Shown piece after piece: positions 14,535 through 27,136 of a DNA stretch of 64,000 bases. Numbering within the stretch: position 1 is the stretch's first letter; each line of letters starts with the position of its first letter. The position numbers and the translations under genes are program-made. Source of the stretch: Camelus dromedarius (Eukaryota); assembly GCF_036321535.1 (NCBI RefSeq), contig NC_087436.1, positions 112,842,001-112,906,000 of the forward strand. The letters are read 5' to 3'. The notes beneath the pieces were generated by a model. The model saw nothing but the letters and a program-made list of their open reading frames with translations, had not been told where the DNA came from and did not search any database.

Positions 14535-15235
14535 TTTTAATTTAATAAACTTTTTAAAAGAACTTAGGTTCATAGCAAAATTGAGCAAAAGGTAGAGGTT
14601 TCCCATATATATCCTGCCCCTACATATGCATGGTCTTCTCTGTTATCAACACCTTCCACCAAAGTGGTACATTTGTTACAACTGATAAACCTACACTGAC
14701 ACCTCATAATCAAAATTTGTATTAGGATTCACTCTTGGTGTTGTACATTCTATGGGTTTTGACAAGTGTATAATGACATGTATCCATCATCATGGTATCA
14801 GAGTATTTTCACTCCCCTAAAAATCCTTTGCTCTGCCTAGTCATCCCTGCCTTCCTCCATCCCCCCAATCTCTGGCAGTCATTGATTTTTTTTTTTAAAT
14901 CAGCTCAGCTCGTTTTGCCTTTTCCAGAATGTCATACTGTTGGAATTACATAGTATACAGATTTTTCAGATTGGATTCTTTTACTTAGTAACATGCATTT
15001 AAGGTTCCTCCATGTATTTTCATGGCTTGATAGCTCATTTCTCTTTAGCAATGAAAAATATTTCATTGTCTGACTATAACACAGTTTATCCATTCATCTA
15101 TTGAAAGACACCTTGGTTGCTTCCAAATTTTGGCAATTATGAATAAAGCTGCTATAAACATTGGTTGCAGGTTTTTGTGTGGACAAAAGTTTTCAACTCC
15201 TTTGGGTAAATACTAAGGCCCCTGATTGCTATATT
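14535..15235 (-). mobile_element. LINE-1 3' end fragment (L1MA/MB-like)
   Basis: ttaggttcatagcaaaattgagc..., tttgccttttccagaatgtcata and attatgaataaagctgctataaacatt motifs. Confidence 0.75.
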
Positions 15236-18200
15236 GTATGTACATTACATTTTTACCGAGGATCCTTGCAAAGTTTGTGTATCTTTTTGTTATTAGAGCT
15301 TGCCAAAACCATGCACACACATTATGCTTTCTAGACATAGCATAGATGTTGCTCGAGTTTTTTTTTGTTTTTTTTTTTTTTTTTTTTTTTTTTTGCAACG
15401 GTGCCAACTTTTGTTAATGTAATTCATTCACACTGACAGGCTTCAAATAATGCCAAAAGGACTGCACTTAGATTTTACGAGTTGTGACAGCCTTACTCTG
15501 GTAATGAGTTACCCTGTTGGTATCTCTGATAAGAACTGTCAGAAAACAGAACCAAGTCAGAACTGGGGGTATACACCTGAATAGTCAGGGATAAAGGTGG
15601 CTGGTGAGATGGATTATTCAATTTAGCACAATTCAGTGAGAAAGAATAATGTGGGAAACTGTCAAGATAATATTTTCCTATCTGGTTAGTTTGGCATTGA
15701 CAAATGTTAAATGTTAAATTTAAGGGCAGAAACTTTATTTGAAACTCTAAAAGCTTTAAAGCGCATCCCAGAGCAATGTTGCTGGAATGCAGATTCAGGG
15801 ATGTGCCAGCAGGTGCCATCTGAGAAAACTACCACTACAGGGAGAAGGATTAAGTTGTAGTATGCAAGAGAGCAAAATACATCACCCTGTTTCTAGACTA
15901 GCAATCTCTTGGCGTAGTTTTCTGTCTAGTAATATAAAGGGCTGGTCATCAGGAAGAGCTAAAAATAGGGGCAGAGGTCAGGGTTTATTCATTAGGGTGG
16001 TGTCATTTTTAGGTGTTGGTTGCCTTAGGAGGGGCTTAAAAATATCAACTTATCATAAATTCTTAAACTATGATCAGTTGCTAGAGAGCGACTGTACATA
16101 GTACGTGGTTATACTTTAAAAAGTGTGCATATGGGAGAGAATTCTGGGTCTGGTGCCTTTGACTTAATCTTCATTAGATGTTTCCTTAAAAGATGACATG
16201 TTCTAAGTATTTCAAGTTGGTCTGAGAAAGAGGCAATGCTTTTCTTTGGAGGTCTTCTTATGGCCTGTCTGCCAAAGTTGTTAGTAGGACTAAAGAGTTA
16301 ATGGCAGATTCCTCTGGGATGTCAGAGCATGGTGGACAGTGTCAATGTATTAAACCAGAACTAACTTGCTGGAAAAGCAACTGCACATAGATCTTTTCAA
16401 TGAATCAGAAGAGTTGGAGGGCAATTCACAATAGACTTGAAGCAATCTGACTCACATATAACTGCTCTTAATAAGTGAAAGAGAACATTTATTGATTCTT
16501 CCTGTCATAGTTAAGGATGCTCATTTGTTTTTAATGCTTTTCCCCCACAAGAGATCTCAAACCACTACAATTTTATCCTATATGCCTCCTCTCTCCAGAT
16601 GTTTTATGGATATTCACCTGTGTAGCTAAAGAAAGATGGCGTTAGACAAAACATGCTGCAAAGTCTTTTGTTTGCCCTCTTTTCATTACCTTTGTCTCTG
16701 AAACGTGCCTTACTGGGAAGTCACAGGAGTTTGGGAGTAGGTTCAAACCTGAGGTTTTTGGTCTAAACGTAAGTTTTGGAACTTTAAACAGAGATATTCT
16801 CAATTAAAACTCAATGTAAATCAGGGCCTATACATACATTAACATGAGTAAGTACATGTGTAATTCCATAACCCAGGTGGGTTCTGCTGGGACAGAGCCC
16901 TTCTGGCCCAAACTTCACAAATCTATAGATGTGTGCACGGCTGCTTAAGATGTATGCATTAAGGTTGACTGCTGTGGATATATAACCACATTTCAGAGCA
17001 ATAATGCTCTTTAATCAGCTGTGCATCTAGCTTAGCCTTTCTTTAGGAGAGAATTTCAATTAAGGTAACCAAGCACTTGTAGTTAAAAATTTCTTATATA
17101 CCAAGGGGCATTAATATAGTCAAGTGATATGATTTCAGGTTAGTGACTTTCCATTAATGAATCTTTTTATCCACATGTTTCTAGAATAGTGTTTGTCATA
17201 CGTTAATAAATGTATCTGAAAGATAAGAGAGAATGAATGACACCTGTAGTAAACTGTACCATGAACATTCTATTTTTATTAGTCAGTAAAAAATAAGTAA
17301 CCAAACTATATTTGAACAATTTGGCTATATGTAAGACGAAGGTTAGTAAAACATATTCTTTAAAATTCGATCATCAACAAAGTCCTATTTCAAAATAAAA
17401 TGCTTATAATGTTAAGCAGTAGAAATAATGGTCCTATAAAAACATAAATGTAAACTATATTTAGGTTTAGCTTATAAAGACTAACATTTAAATCTACCTG
17501 AAAATAAGAAATTCACATAAAAAATGGTATCTTATTTATATTACTATAGGTATGAAATACTATGTATTCTTTTAGGCAAAAACAATTCTTTAAATCATTC
17601 TGTTCTTTTATATTTTTACTATTCCCATTTCAATCCAATCTTTCTTGAGAGTTTATAATTGTCTATGCTTCAGACTGTTGTATTAAAAAAAGTTTTCTTA
17701 AAGGGCCTAGTCTCCCTCTCCTAAATCAGACAATTAACCTACAGTAATAGTGGACACAGTGTATTAGGAAAGATCTGGTAGACATGGGGATGAAAGCACA
17801 GGGAAGCCCTTTTCTAGCTGAAAGAGGGTGCAAGGTAGCAGCTAACTGGGAGTCTGAGTAAAAAATGTGGCCAGCTTGACAGAAGGTGTGAAACAGTTGT
17901 CTAGAAAAGTGACAAGTACTTTTCTAGACATGAATGGACTGGGATAATGTTTCAGGGTCTTGAGCAAGTCTGCATGATTGCCTTACATGCTTAATGCAAT
18001 GATCATAGTTATGCTTGATAGGTGGTCTTTAATTCCCTGCCACATTCCCTCATTTTTACTTCTTAGACATATCTCCATGGTGCTATGAGTATTATCTTCT
18101 AAAAATACAGCTCTGATCAGTTCCTTATAACTGAAAAACCTCTAATGGCTCTGGGCTAGTGTTATCTACTCAAGATAATAGCCTTTAAATTCAAGCCTCA

Positions 18201-18660
18201 TCCTATTTCTCTCAGTTTCTCCTTCATCCTCTATCTCCATGCAATTCTACATTTTAAGCTCTAAGACTGTGGAGGTTCTTGAAAAACCTCATGCACTTTC
18301 TGCTTTTGTTCTGACTGGTATTCTCTTTGCCTGAAATACTCTTTTTGTCTTCTTAAGTCATTTGACATCCTACTCATTCTTCATGTAGCATCTCAGATGC
18401 TACAGCATTCATCCATTCAACCAACATTTGTGTATTTACAATGTGTCAGGCACTGGGGACATAAAGCAAGAAAATGGATAAACAGTGATATATATTCCTA
18501 TAAGGGAATACCTGTTCAGCTGTTACAATGAATGAACTAGAGTCACATAACCCTGAGAAATCTTACACTAAGTTAAAGAAAGCTGCCAAAGAATATACAC
18601 ATCTCTGGTTGTCAAAACTATGCAAAACAGCACTACATATGTAATCAAAGGTGCTTGAAG

Positions 18661-18705
18661 GGGAAGGTGGTTACCTTGGGGAAGGTGGTTACCTTGGGCA
18701 AGGGG
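18661..18705. repeat. 18-bp tandem repeat (gggaaggtggttaccttg), two copies plus a partial third
   Basis: Direct reading. Confidence 0.85.
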
Positions 18706-19189
18706 GAACAGAATGGGATCGGGCGGAGAAGACAAAGGACTTCAATTATATAACTATTTCTCCTGTTAGGTGAATACACAAATGCTAGTTCTATTTTTAT
18801 TTCTACCTTTTGTCTGTCTAAAATATTCATTTTTTTAAAGGGATGGTTAAGGCTTGATTCCTTTCTGAAGGTCCTGCAAATCTGTCTCATAACCAGTAAC
18901 TTAAAATTACCTTCTATCTCTCGCTCTCTCCTTTGTTTCCTTGTCATTAGTACTTAGGCCTTCAGGTTTGGAACTTGCAGGAATGAGATTTAGGTAGATT
19001 AGAATGTAACCCTCTTCCCAGGAGATTCCTGACTGTTTCCTCAAGCCCTCTAGCGACCTAAATAGGCCTAAGAACCTCAGCCTGACCCTTTCAGCTGACA
19101 CAGACTATATCTCCCCTCAGATCCTGGATCACAGCCCCTTCTCCGGGGAGACATCCTTTAGTTCCCTGAGCAGAACCGAAACGTGCCTC

Positions 19190-19790
19190 CCTCCAGCGAA
19201 CCCCGGAATGCCTCCCTTTAGCGGACTTTGGTCCACTCCCACCAGAAGTTGCCTTTCTTCCTTCTCACCTCCAGCCCAGCGCCACAAACCTCGCCCCTGG
19301 CCTGCGGACCGGCGGTTCAGTTCCCCCCACCCCCCATTCCCTACACAACACCACTTCAGGCCTAACCCCAGCACCCACGGAAATCCCACGGCCAGCCGGG
19401 AAAGGGCCGACTCAGCCCTCTGCGCATGCGCGAAGCCGGGAGCCGCCCCTGCCCCCGCGGCCATCTCGCGGTGTTTCCTTCTCCCGCGGGAGTTATTTGA
19501 ACGCTCTGGCGGTAACGACGCCCTCCGCTGCCCGCTGAGGGGAGGCTGTGGAGACCCTGAGCGTGGTCGGCCCGGCCCGCCGCAGCTGAGCGCCGACAGG
19601 GTTCGTCCCGCATGTGTCCTGGCGCCATGGGGGCGGAAAAGAAGCTGCTGTTGATTAAGGAGGCCTTCCAGCTGGCGCAGCAGCCGCACCCGAACCGGGC
19701 TGAGCCGCACCTACCTCTCGGTGAGCGCGGCCCCGGGCCTGCGCTGCCGCCCCTTCCCGGCCCCGCTCGTGCACCCGGGAGCCCGCTCTA
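19190..19790. promoter_or_regulatory. CpG island, probable bidirectional promoter (FAM200B leftwards), homologous to the NCAPG/DCAF16 promoter
   Basis: CpG-dense. NRF1 TGCGCATGCGC at 19421-19431, YY1-like GCGGCCATCT at 19457-19466, CHR TTTGAA at 19496-19501. Minus-strand donor GAG|GTGAGA at 19269/19268 is a candidate end of the first FAM200B exon. Confidence 0.8.
19627..19720 (+). pseudogene. NCAPG: NCAPG exon 1 duplicate (17-nt frameshifting deletion, donor intact)
   Basis: Translates MGAEKKLLLIKEAFQLAQQPHPNRA/LSRTYLS|GTGAGC versus NCAPG MGAERRLLSIKEAFRLAQQPHQNQAKLVVALSRTYRT. The 5'UTR gcagctgagcgccgacagggttcgtcccg also matches the recalled NCAPG 5'UTR. Confidence 0.9.
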
Positions 19791-20097
19791 ACTGTGTCAC
19801 CTTTCTAAGAGGTTTATAGAGATTTTTGACATCTAGTATCATTTTACCTTGTTTACTTACTTGGAGAACCAAATTGTATTTAATAATCGCAGTAGGCTCT
19901 TGTCTCCTTAGGTTAGCAATTCACCCATTTTTAACAAAAATATGCATTTCATTAAATAAATTTAAGAAATATATTAAATATATGTTTTCATTCCTGTCCT
20001 GTAATGAGTTTAACAAAACACATTTCTTAGTAACAAACTAAGTCAGTGCAAAGAAGTTCATTTTTCTTACAAACCAACTATTTTTCAGGTCGATATA

Positions 20098-22361
20098 CAG
20101 GTATTCTCTTTTCAAAATTTCACTTTACGCCACTTCGCTTTTAGAACACATGTGTATTAGTATCTGTTTTTGATAACAGAAGGAAATCTGAAGAGAATTT
20201 TCACTTTTACCAAAAAAGACGGAAAGCAAAAATACTTGGCACAGTGTTCAGTGGTTGTTTTGCAGGGAGCGGTCAGAGGCCATGCGCAGCCAGAGTGGCA
20301 CCACCAAGTTCCTTCCTTGGAACCACGCTCAGCATCTAAGCACCAAGCTCCCAAAGCCTGGAACTGGGTCTGTGAGTTCCATCGTGTTTCATCTTGATTC
20401 ATTTTGTGCATCTGATGGCATGATGTGTCCAAAGTATCAGAAAAGCTTAACATAAAATGATGTAATTTTTAAATGTTTTGATCAGGGTGAAGGAAATGGA
20501 CATTTTGTGAGTTTAACTTGCTTGGGACCACTATTTCCGTACAGAGAGAAAGACTCTTGAAAGCTGCCAAAGTTATTACTGCCTTCTGCTAGTAGCAAAG
20601 TGGTCTCTTGGTTGGCATTCAGCTACGGATAAAGTGGAAAGTTTATTGCTTAAGTGGATTGATGGGTGTACAAAGCATAGTATTCAAGTTATCTTATACT
20701 TAAGCAGAAATTGGTCAGTCTAACGAGCTGAAACAGAAAGCACTGGACTGTGGTGATGAAAATGTTTTGAAAGTGGAATTTAAAGGTAGTCATGGGTGGT
20801 TTGATCAGTTTTTGAGGCAAGAGCAGCTTCATAGCTTAAAGGTTACTGGAGAGAGTGCTTCAGTTGATACTGAAGCTGCCAAAAAGCTGCCAGAAGAACT
20901 GAAGAAAATAATTACAGAAGGTGGTTATTTGTATAAGCAAATATAGGTGATGTTGAAGAGGTTTTGGCATCCCATAACCAAGAACTGACAGATGAAGAGC
21001 TGATGCAATTGCAAGAGGAAAGGATACTAATCAAATATTAATTGAAACTGAACATAGTAGTGAACAGCTCAAAAGTGAAGACCTCCAGGAACTGAACGCA
21101 ACTCACTTGCATGAGACAGAGTTTCACTACAATTGACAATACTGCACTGGTTGCAGAAAAGTATGACTTTAATTTTGAAAGGACACTTAAGTTTAGGGCA
21201 GGTTTGCAGGATGTTTTGAGTGCCTGTGAAGAACTGTATGATAGAAAAAATACATGAGGCTAAGCAGTCAAGCATGCTGTCAAATTTCAAGCCTTCCACA
21301 TCAGCCACCGCAAATGTCAAACCTCAGCCTTCAACACTGAGGCAAGCAGACAGAAGAACCTGTAGACCTTAGTGACTTGCCTGTGGTGATGGATTCACAT
21401 GATGATGAGATGTTAATAGATCTCTATTCTACAGCCCTGTCTCCATACCTCCCATTACCACAACCTCCTGCAACTCAGCCTAACACATCACATCACCAGG
21501 TCTCAGCCTTCCAGTGTGCTCACTGTCCTCTCGATTCTGGTAAGTGAAACTGTTGTCGACCAAGGTTCTTGTCTTGCCGCAGAAAGAATTCAGAAACAAG
21601 ACTCAGAGGTCAAGAAAGCAAAGCAAGAATGTATCAAGGGATAGACAAGTATGCTCTCAAGGAAAGAGCAGGCAGACCCAGGTGGGGAGCTGCTCTGAGT
21701 TTCCTTGGCAAGCTGGTTATATGGGTGTAAAATGAATGGGCAGAATGTTTATTGTCAGGGAGGGGTTTAGGGTCATCTTTCCTGATCTCAAGTGGGGAGG
21801 AGGTATTTTTTTGTCCTTATTTAGTCTTGATCAGGAAGTTGGATGAGGCCATAATGAACAAAAGTTTACATTTGCATGGGGGTATCATAAGCAAAAGTTA
21901 CATTTGGACAGCGGTCATAATGATCAAAAGGTTACATTCAAATGGTAGGGATTCCTGTCTTGTCCCACCCTCTGCCTCCAGGACACTTGTCAACCCAGAA
22001 TGTATGGTTTGTTATCAGTCCAGAGGATCCTGTTTTAAATGGTTTTCTGCCATTTGGCCCTTGTCCCCCTTTCTCTGCTCATACTAGCTACCTGCTTGCT
22101 CTAACAAAACTGCACCTTATGTACACTATTTCTACTTTATATAGGCTGTGTATTTATCATATCATTCTTGCTTTTATCATACGTTAGTATTATTTTAGGT
22201 TTTATGTGTTATTTGGTATGATTTGGTAGGTTAATTTTTGGATCTGGGAATGCTCAAAATTTATCCATATAAATTAACGGTAATTGCTTCTTCATTTCAT
22301 GCCATTTTGGCTTACGAAAGGTTTCATAGAAACATTCTGCTTTCAGATAAGGGATAACCTG
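20098..22361 (+). mobile_element. Tigger (TcMar-pogo) DNA transposon, internally deleted
   Basis: TA TSDs at 20096-20097 and 22362-22363; imperfect TIRs caggtattctcttttcaaaa / caggttatcccttatctgaaa. Transposase relics EFKGSHGWFDQF, TGESASVDTEAA and DVEEVLASHNQELTDEELMQL. Confidence 0.88.
21551..22106 (-). mobile_element. ERV solo LTR nested in the Tigger
   Basis: TG...CA ends with 4-bp TSD aaac at 21547-21550 and 22107-22110 (ERV1-like TSD length). Confidence 0.85.
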
Positions 22362-22518
22362 TATTTATTGCCTTTTATTATAATTTAGTATAAGAAATAG
22401 AAAAAGTTAAATAGAGAAGTTTTCATTTCAACTCTAAGACTTCACATGACTGTCAGTATTCAAACTACTGCCTTTTTTACTTGCAGATTACAAAAAGATT
22501 TTTAAAAACCATTTTATG

Positions 22519-22657
22519 GTGGGGAGGGTATGGCTCGGTGGTCGAGTGCATGCTTAGCATGCATGAGGTCCTGGGTTAAGTCCTCAGTACCTCCACTAAA
22601 AATAAATAAATAAATAAACCTAATTACTACCACCCCCTCAAAAAAAAAACTAAAAAA
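22519..22657 (+). mobile_element. tRNA-derived SINE (Vic-1-like)
   Basis: ggggagggtatggctcggtggtcgagtgcatgcttagcatgcatgaggtcc...aaataaacctaattac. Confidence 0.88.
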
Positions 22658-23499
22658 GGAAATGGTCACTTAAATTTATTTTTTGCTTCTCCTACTGGAT
22701 TTTTTAAAATTATTTTTTTTATTAGTAAATACTTGTTTTACATGGCTCAAACGACATAAAAAGAAATGCACTGGGATGATCACTCCCCATCCAGTAACTG
22801 TTCCTCATAGTCTTCTACATGTAAACATTTTTGATTAGTTTCTTGTTCATCCTTTTGGTCTTCAACCAGATACAAGCAAATGCAAATATACGTTCTTATT
22901 TCCCTTCATTCCTCCTTCAGTATTCTCTGCATTGTTCTGCACTTTACTTTTTTCACTTTACAGTATATTCTGGATATTCTTCCTTATCACCATTTAATTA
23001 AACATCCACATTCTTTTTTTTTCTCCAGCTGTCATATATTCCATGTTGTGGATATAGTCCAATTTTTAGCCAGTCCCCTATAGATGGACACTTGTGTTAT
23101 TTCCAGTCTTTGGATGCTAGGAACAATGCTTTAATGAATGTATGTCATTTCTTACATTTGCAGGGGTAACTGTCAGAATCTCTGAAGAGAATTGCTGGAT
23201 TAAAGAGGAAATGTTTTTGTAAATGTGATAAATATTGACAGTGGCCTTTAAAGAGTGGTTTATTCTGTGCTTCCATCAGCAGAGTATGAGAGGTTTTTTT
23301 TTTTTAAGGGGAATTGGAAAGAACTAGAAAATAATTGGGGGGATTTTTTGATAGATGAGAAAAATTATAAGTAAAATCCTTAATGATTTGGGAATAGGAG
23401 TTAGAATGATAGCATATATATTGAAAAGAAATTGCTGTGTATAGGAAGGCTCAATTATAAAAGGCAGTATTGAATTGAGACCACTTTTTAAAAACTGTA

Positions 23500-26400
23500 T
23501 TTTTTTCTTTTTTTAAAAAAGGACATGACAGTTTATTTTTAAAAATTGTGCCATTCTGATCATTATGACCAGCATACACATTATGATGGCTTTTCTCTTG
23601 GGTATTAACATTGCAGTGTGTTTGTATACTGAAATGTTTCAATAGGACCAAGAACATTAGAGAAATAAAGATCTTAGATGAAAATTAACGCTAATAATTC
23701 TGGTGTCCTACCCCACAGAATTAACTTAGCCCCTTTATGAATCAATGGCTTTATAACGTTATACAGTTATAAAAAAATGAAAATTCTCTTCTAAATAGGC
23801 AGCATGAACTTACACTTCTTTGTTCTTTAATCTTTAGTTTTTATAATTTAGGCTATGTCCACCTAGCCAAATCATTATCATACAAGACACCTCACATAAT
23901 TTCCATGCTACTATCACACAAGTTTAGTGTTTTTCCTTAAGTCAAATCATCATCAAAACATGAGGCATATAAAACTGATTTTCAAATCATGTGAAAAGCA
24001 TAGTGCTTATTTGTCCAATAGACTCAAACTTAAATGCTATAATTATAATATCCAAACTTATGCAATAAAATTAACATTTCTCTCTATATATATGTATATA
24101 TATATATACATGGGTGTTGTTTATAGAACTGTATTTTGCAATCAACAGGAGAAATTTACTTTTTAGAGCACAATGTATTTGATTACAGTTCCACATGTCA
24201 ATAGTAGAGACAAGGCCACATGATGTTAAATCTGGCTGAGTTACCTAAGGTATAAAACTTTGATCAAAATTATTATAGTTTGATCTTAAAAATTCAACTC
24301 ATGTGAGATTACTTTTTAAAGTAAATATGCTGTTGAGTAATTACTTCAATAACCTTCTCTTTGTATGACTACCTGCAAATTGACCCTTTTCTTTAATCAG
24401 TGTGACTCACCAGCATTTCAAACTGACCTCTTTACTTCCGTGTTACCATTTCAATACCCATGGATTTCTGAGGCGGCATAAGTTTGACTCTATCAAAAAC
24501 AGTAGGTACTCTAACCTTTCAGTGACAGTTTTTAAATCTGTAACCTCAAGAATCACGCTATTGAGCTCAGCAACTATAAAAACATTGAGATTTTGGTGTT
24601 TCAAACCAGAATTTCATTGTGCTTTATAAATTAAGCTGCTTTTGAATTTTTTTGGTATTTATCAGCCATTTGTATTTCCCTTATAATAATAAAAGAATAT
24701 ATTTAAAATAATTTTTAAGGTTAAATGTCCTGGGGGCTTACCAATACTTTAAAAAAATTACTTTTTTTTCTGTCAGCATTTAGAATAGTAGAAATTATTT
24801 CTGGTCTCTCCTTAGGTTAACCAATACCACTTTTCATCAGGTGTAACACTGAATTTTACAGACATGCCTGAAAAGTTTTTGATTAAGTAAATGAGTGAAT
24901 CACAGTGGAGTCTCAATCAGTTAACAGTGTAAATCCGTTAAAAAAAATCACACTGAATATTAAAAGAAAATCTTCCAGTTAAAAAAAGAAAAGAAAGGAA
25001 AAGAAAAGAAAGAAAGATAAAGAAAACCGTCCCAAGAACTAAAATCGAGCGTGTGTCACCACTGACTCTGTGCTTGTGTCCCTGACTGATTAGACTTCTT
25101 CTCTGGGTTATAGAACATGTTCAGTTACTCTCTGGGCCAAGTTGCCAGGACACTTGAGTGAAAAGGTTATGCTACTGTAGCATCTAAGGGAACAGAGTGG
25201 CACCATTTTCTTCCTTAACAGACACCATATTCAAAGATGGGCATGAGTCTCCCTCTGCCATGCTCACCAGCATTTATCAGGAGACAAAACTCGCTGGGCG
25301 AGCTGATGACAGCCAACCCTCCCAGCCCGCCCCCAGCGCCAGTAGGAGGTTCCCGGCGGTTTGTCATTCTGTGCACTGGCCTTTCACTCTTTCAAAAGAG
25401 AAGTTGTGGTTACTTTTTAAAAAAGGAGTGGGGGCAGGATGGAGAAATGAAAAACCAAGAGTCCAAAGGCACAAAGTCACATAGCTGCTCTAGTTGGAGT
25501 CTGTAAACAGAGAATAGGCTGAATTTAGGTAATCCCAACCTATGAGAGTAAAAAGGCACCCACAGCAGCCTTTTATCCAGCTAGCTTCTTCGAGACCTTT
25601 CATAGGTTTTGAGGTCTGCAAAGTATGCACTAAAATGCCAATACATCAAAAAGCAATAAGGCAAATATTATGATCATTATTCCAAAAGTTACAATGGTAG
25701 TGTAGGCATACATAGTATAATTTAGTTACAACGAACTGTTTCTATTATATAACCACATTAACTGTTTCCTACAGAATTACATATTCAGCTGAGTTTCGGT
25801 TGAACAGAAAACCCCTTGTAAACTGCTGATAGTTGGCAATAGCTCTTTAATAGCAGTTTTTATTCTGCTGTAGAAATTATCCTTGAACTGAAAAAAGTCC
25901 ACAATCCAACATCCAGTCATTAAATACTATCATATTTGTGAAGAGCCTCCTCTGACTTCTGCATCACTTTTTGGAAAAGTATTATTTGTTGTTGTAAGGA
26001 ATGCTGCATCTGTGATTTAAAGTCTCTTACTTGAATTTGACTCAAGTGGTAAACTTCAGCCAAAGTGGCAAAAGAAATAGTGTTACAGAGATCTTGAATG
26101 CTGTCAGCCTTTTGGACCTCCAGCTTCCCTTCTTCCACGTGACCCCTAGTCTCCTTTACCTTGGTAAGAGCTTCCTTCTGAACATGGATGATGTCAGGGA
26201 AATTGGCCAGGTGCCCCTGATACAGTGCTAACAGGTGCATGACTGGGTCCAGGTCCTGCCTGGGCTGCTCCGAGAAGAGGTTGCCGATGATAGGCATCCT
26301 CTCATGAAGGTGATGGCCTGATTCAGGCCAGGCAAAAAGGCCTGCTGGTCCAACTCAAAGGCTTGGCTGAGGCAACGGAAGGACTGGCCCACCTAATACT

Positions 26401-26633
26401 TCTAGAAGCCGGTTGCCTGCTTGCATGGGAACTCGATGGCCTTGTGGTTGAGCTGCAGTGCGCTGCCCTACATTTTCTTGATGAAGCATTTGAAGCCATT
26501 CTTCTTACTCTCCACCTCCTGCAGGTTGAGGGCAGCAGTGCTCAGGGTCAGGAATAAGTTGGCGCCCACCATCTCATCCTTCTAGGCTTTCCTCTTGCCC
26601 TGTTTCCAGGCCTTCTTGTTGGTGCTGCTGGGG
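23500..26633 (-). pseudogene. SNX18: SNX18 processed pseudogene, 5'-truncated (end of PX domain, BAR domain and ~2.4 kb 3'UTR)
   Basis: KKAWKQGKRKA...MVGAN...[40 protein letters not shown]...[10 protein letters not shown]. No intron at the HVQK/ALTK junction. In-frame TAG at 26584-26582 plus frameshifts. AATAAA at 23537-23532, poly-T at ~23500-23514, candidate TSD aactgta at 23493 and 26640. Confidence 0.92.
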
Positions 26634-26946
26634 TAACTGAACTGTAACTTTTGACACATTTTTCTAAATAGATTCAAGAAGTTAGAGAAGAATCAAAAGC
26701 ATCTTTTGTGATTAAAATCTATGCTGCCTTGAAGACAGAAGTAACTCAAAAACAGGAGAGGTGTGTGTGAATGATTACTTAAGTATATTTTCCTCAGCAA
26801 TTCTTCTGGATGGACAATTAAGAGTTATTAAAGAGTAGAGATTTTAGTTTAGTGAACAATTATTAATATTACTGAGAGTCTTAGGTCACTGCTGGGAATA
26901 AAGTTTTTTATCAATGTAGTTTGGAAAGATTTGCTTTATATTTCTG

Positions 26947-27136
26947 GTTGTCGATAAAACATTTTTTTAATGGGCATATTTGTTTATGCCTTAAATATGC
27001 TATGATGATCTGTCAATACGAACCTGTGGCAGAATAAGAAATAGAATTTGCAGGAGTTTATTACTCATCCAAACAGAAGGAAGAAAAAGACAGTGACATT
27101 TCAAGTTATTTTAATTATTTTACTTTCTTCTTGAAA
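26947..27136 (+). pseudogene. NCAPG: NCAPG exon 2 relic
   Basis: VVDKT...LKYAMMICQYEPVAE*EIEFAG...EEKDSD...FTFFLK|GT versus NCAPG MDDKT...LKYVMVVYKREPAVERVIEFAA...EEEDGG...FTFLLK. Acceptor mutated, donor GT retained. Confidence 0.85.

Noticed and set aside
19129..19710. 193-aa and 148-aa ORFs across the CpG island
   Set aside because: GC-rich chance ORFs. The real signal is the short NCAPG exon 1 frame, which the ORF track does not show.
25920..26297. 125-aa SNX18-like ORF as a functional retrogene
   Set aside because: Its Met arises from a frameshifted position, upstream codons contain stops, and there is no evident promoter
26672..26760. AG...GT-bounded 89-nt block with QKHLL and gattcaagaagttaga similarity to NCAPG exons 4 and 6
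   Set aside because: It lies upstream of exon 2, out of order, and better matches exist at 30943 and 32733. Joining it to the 94-nt exon gives an immediate TAG.
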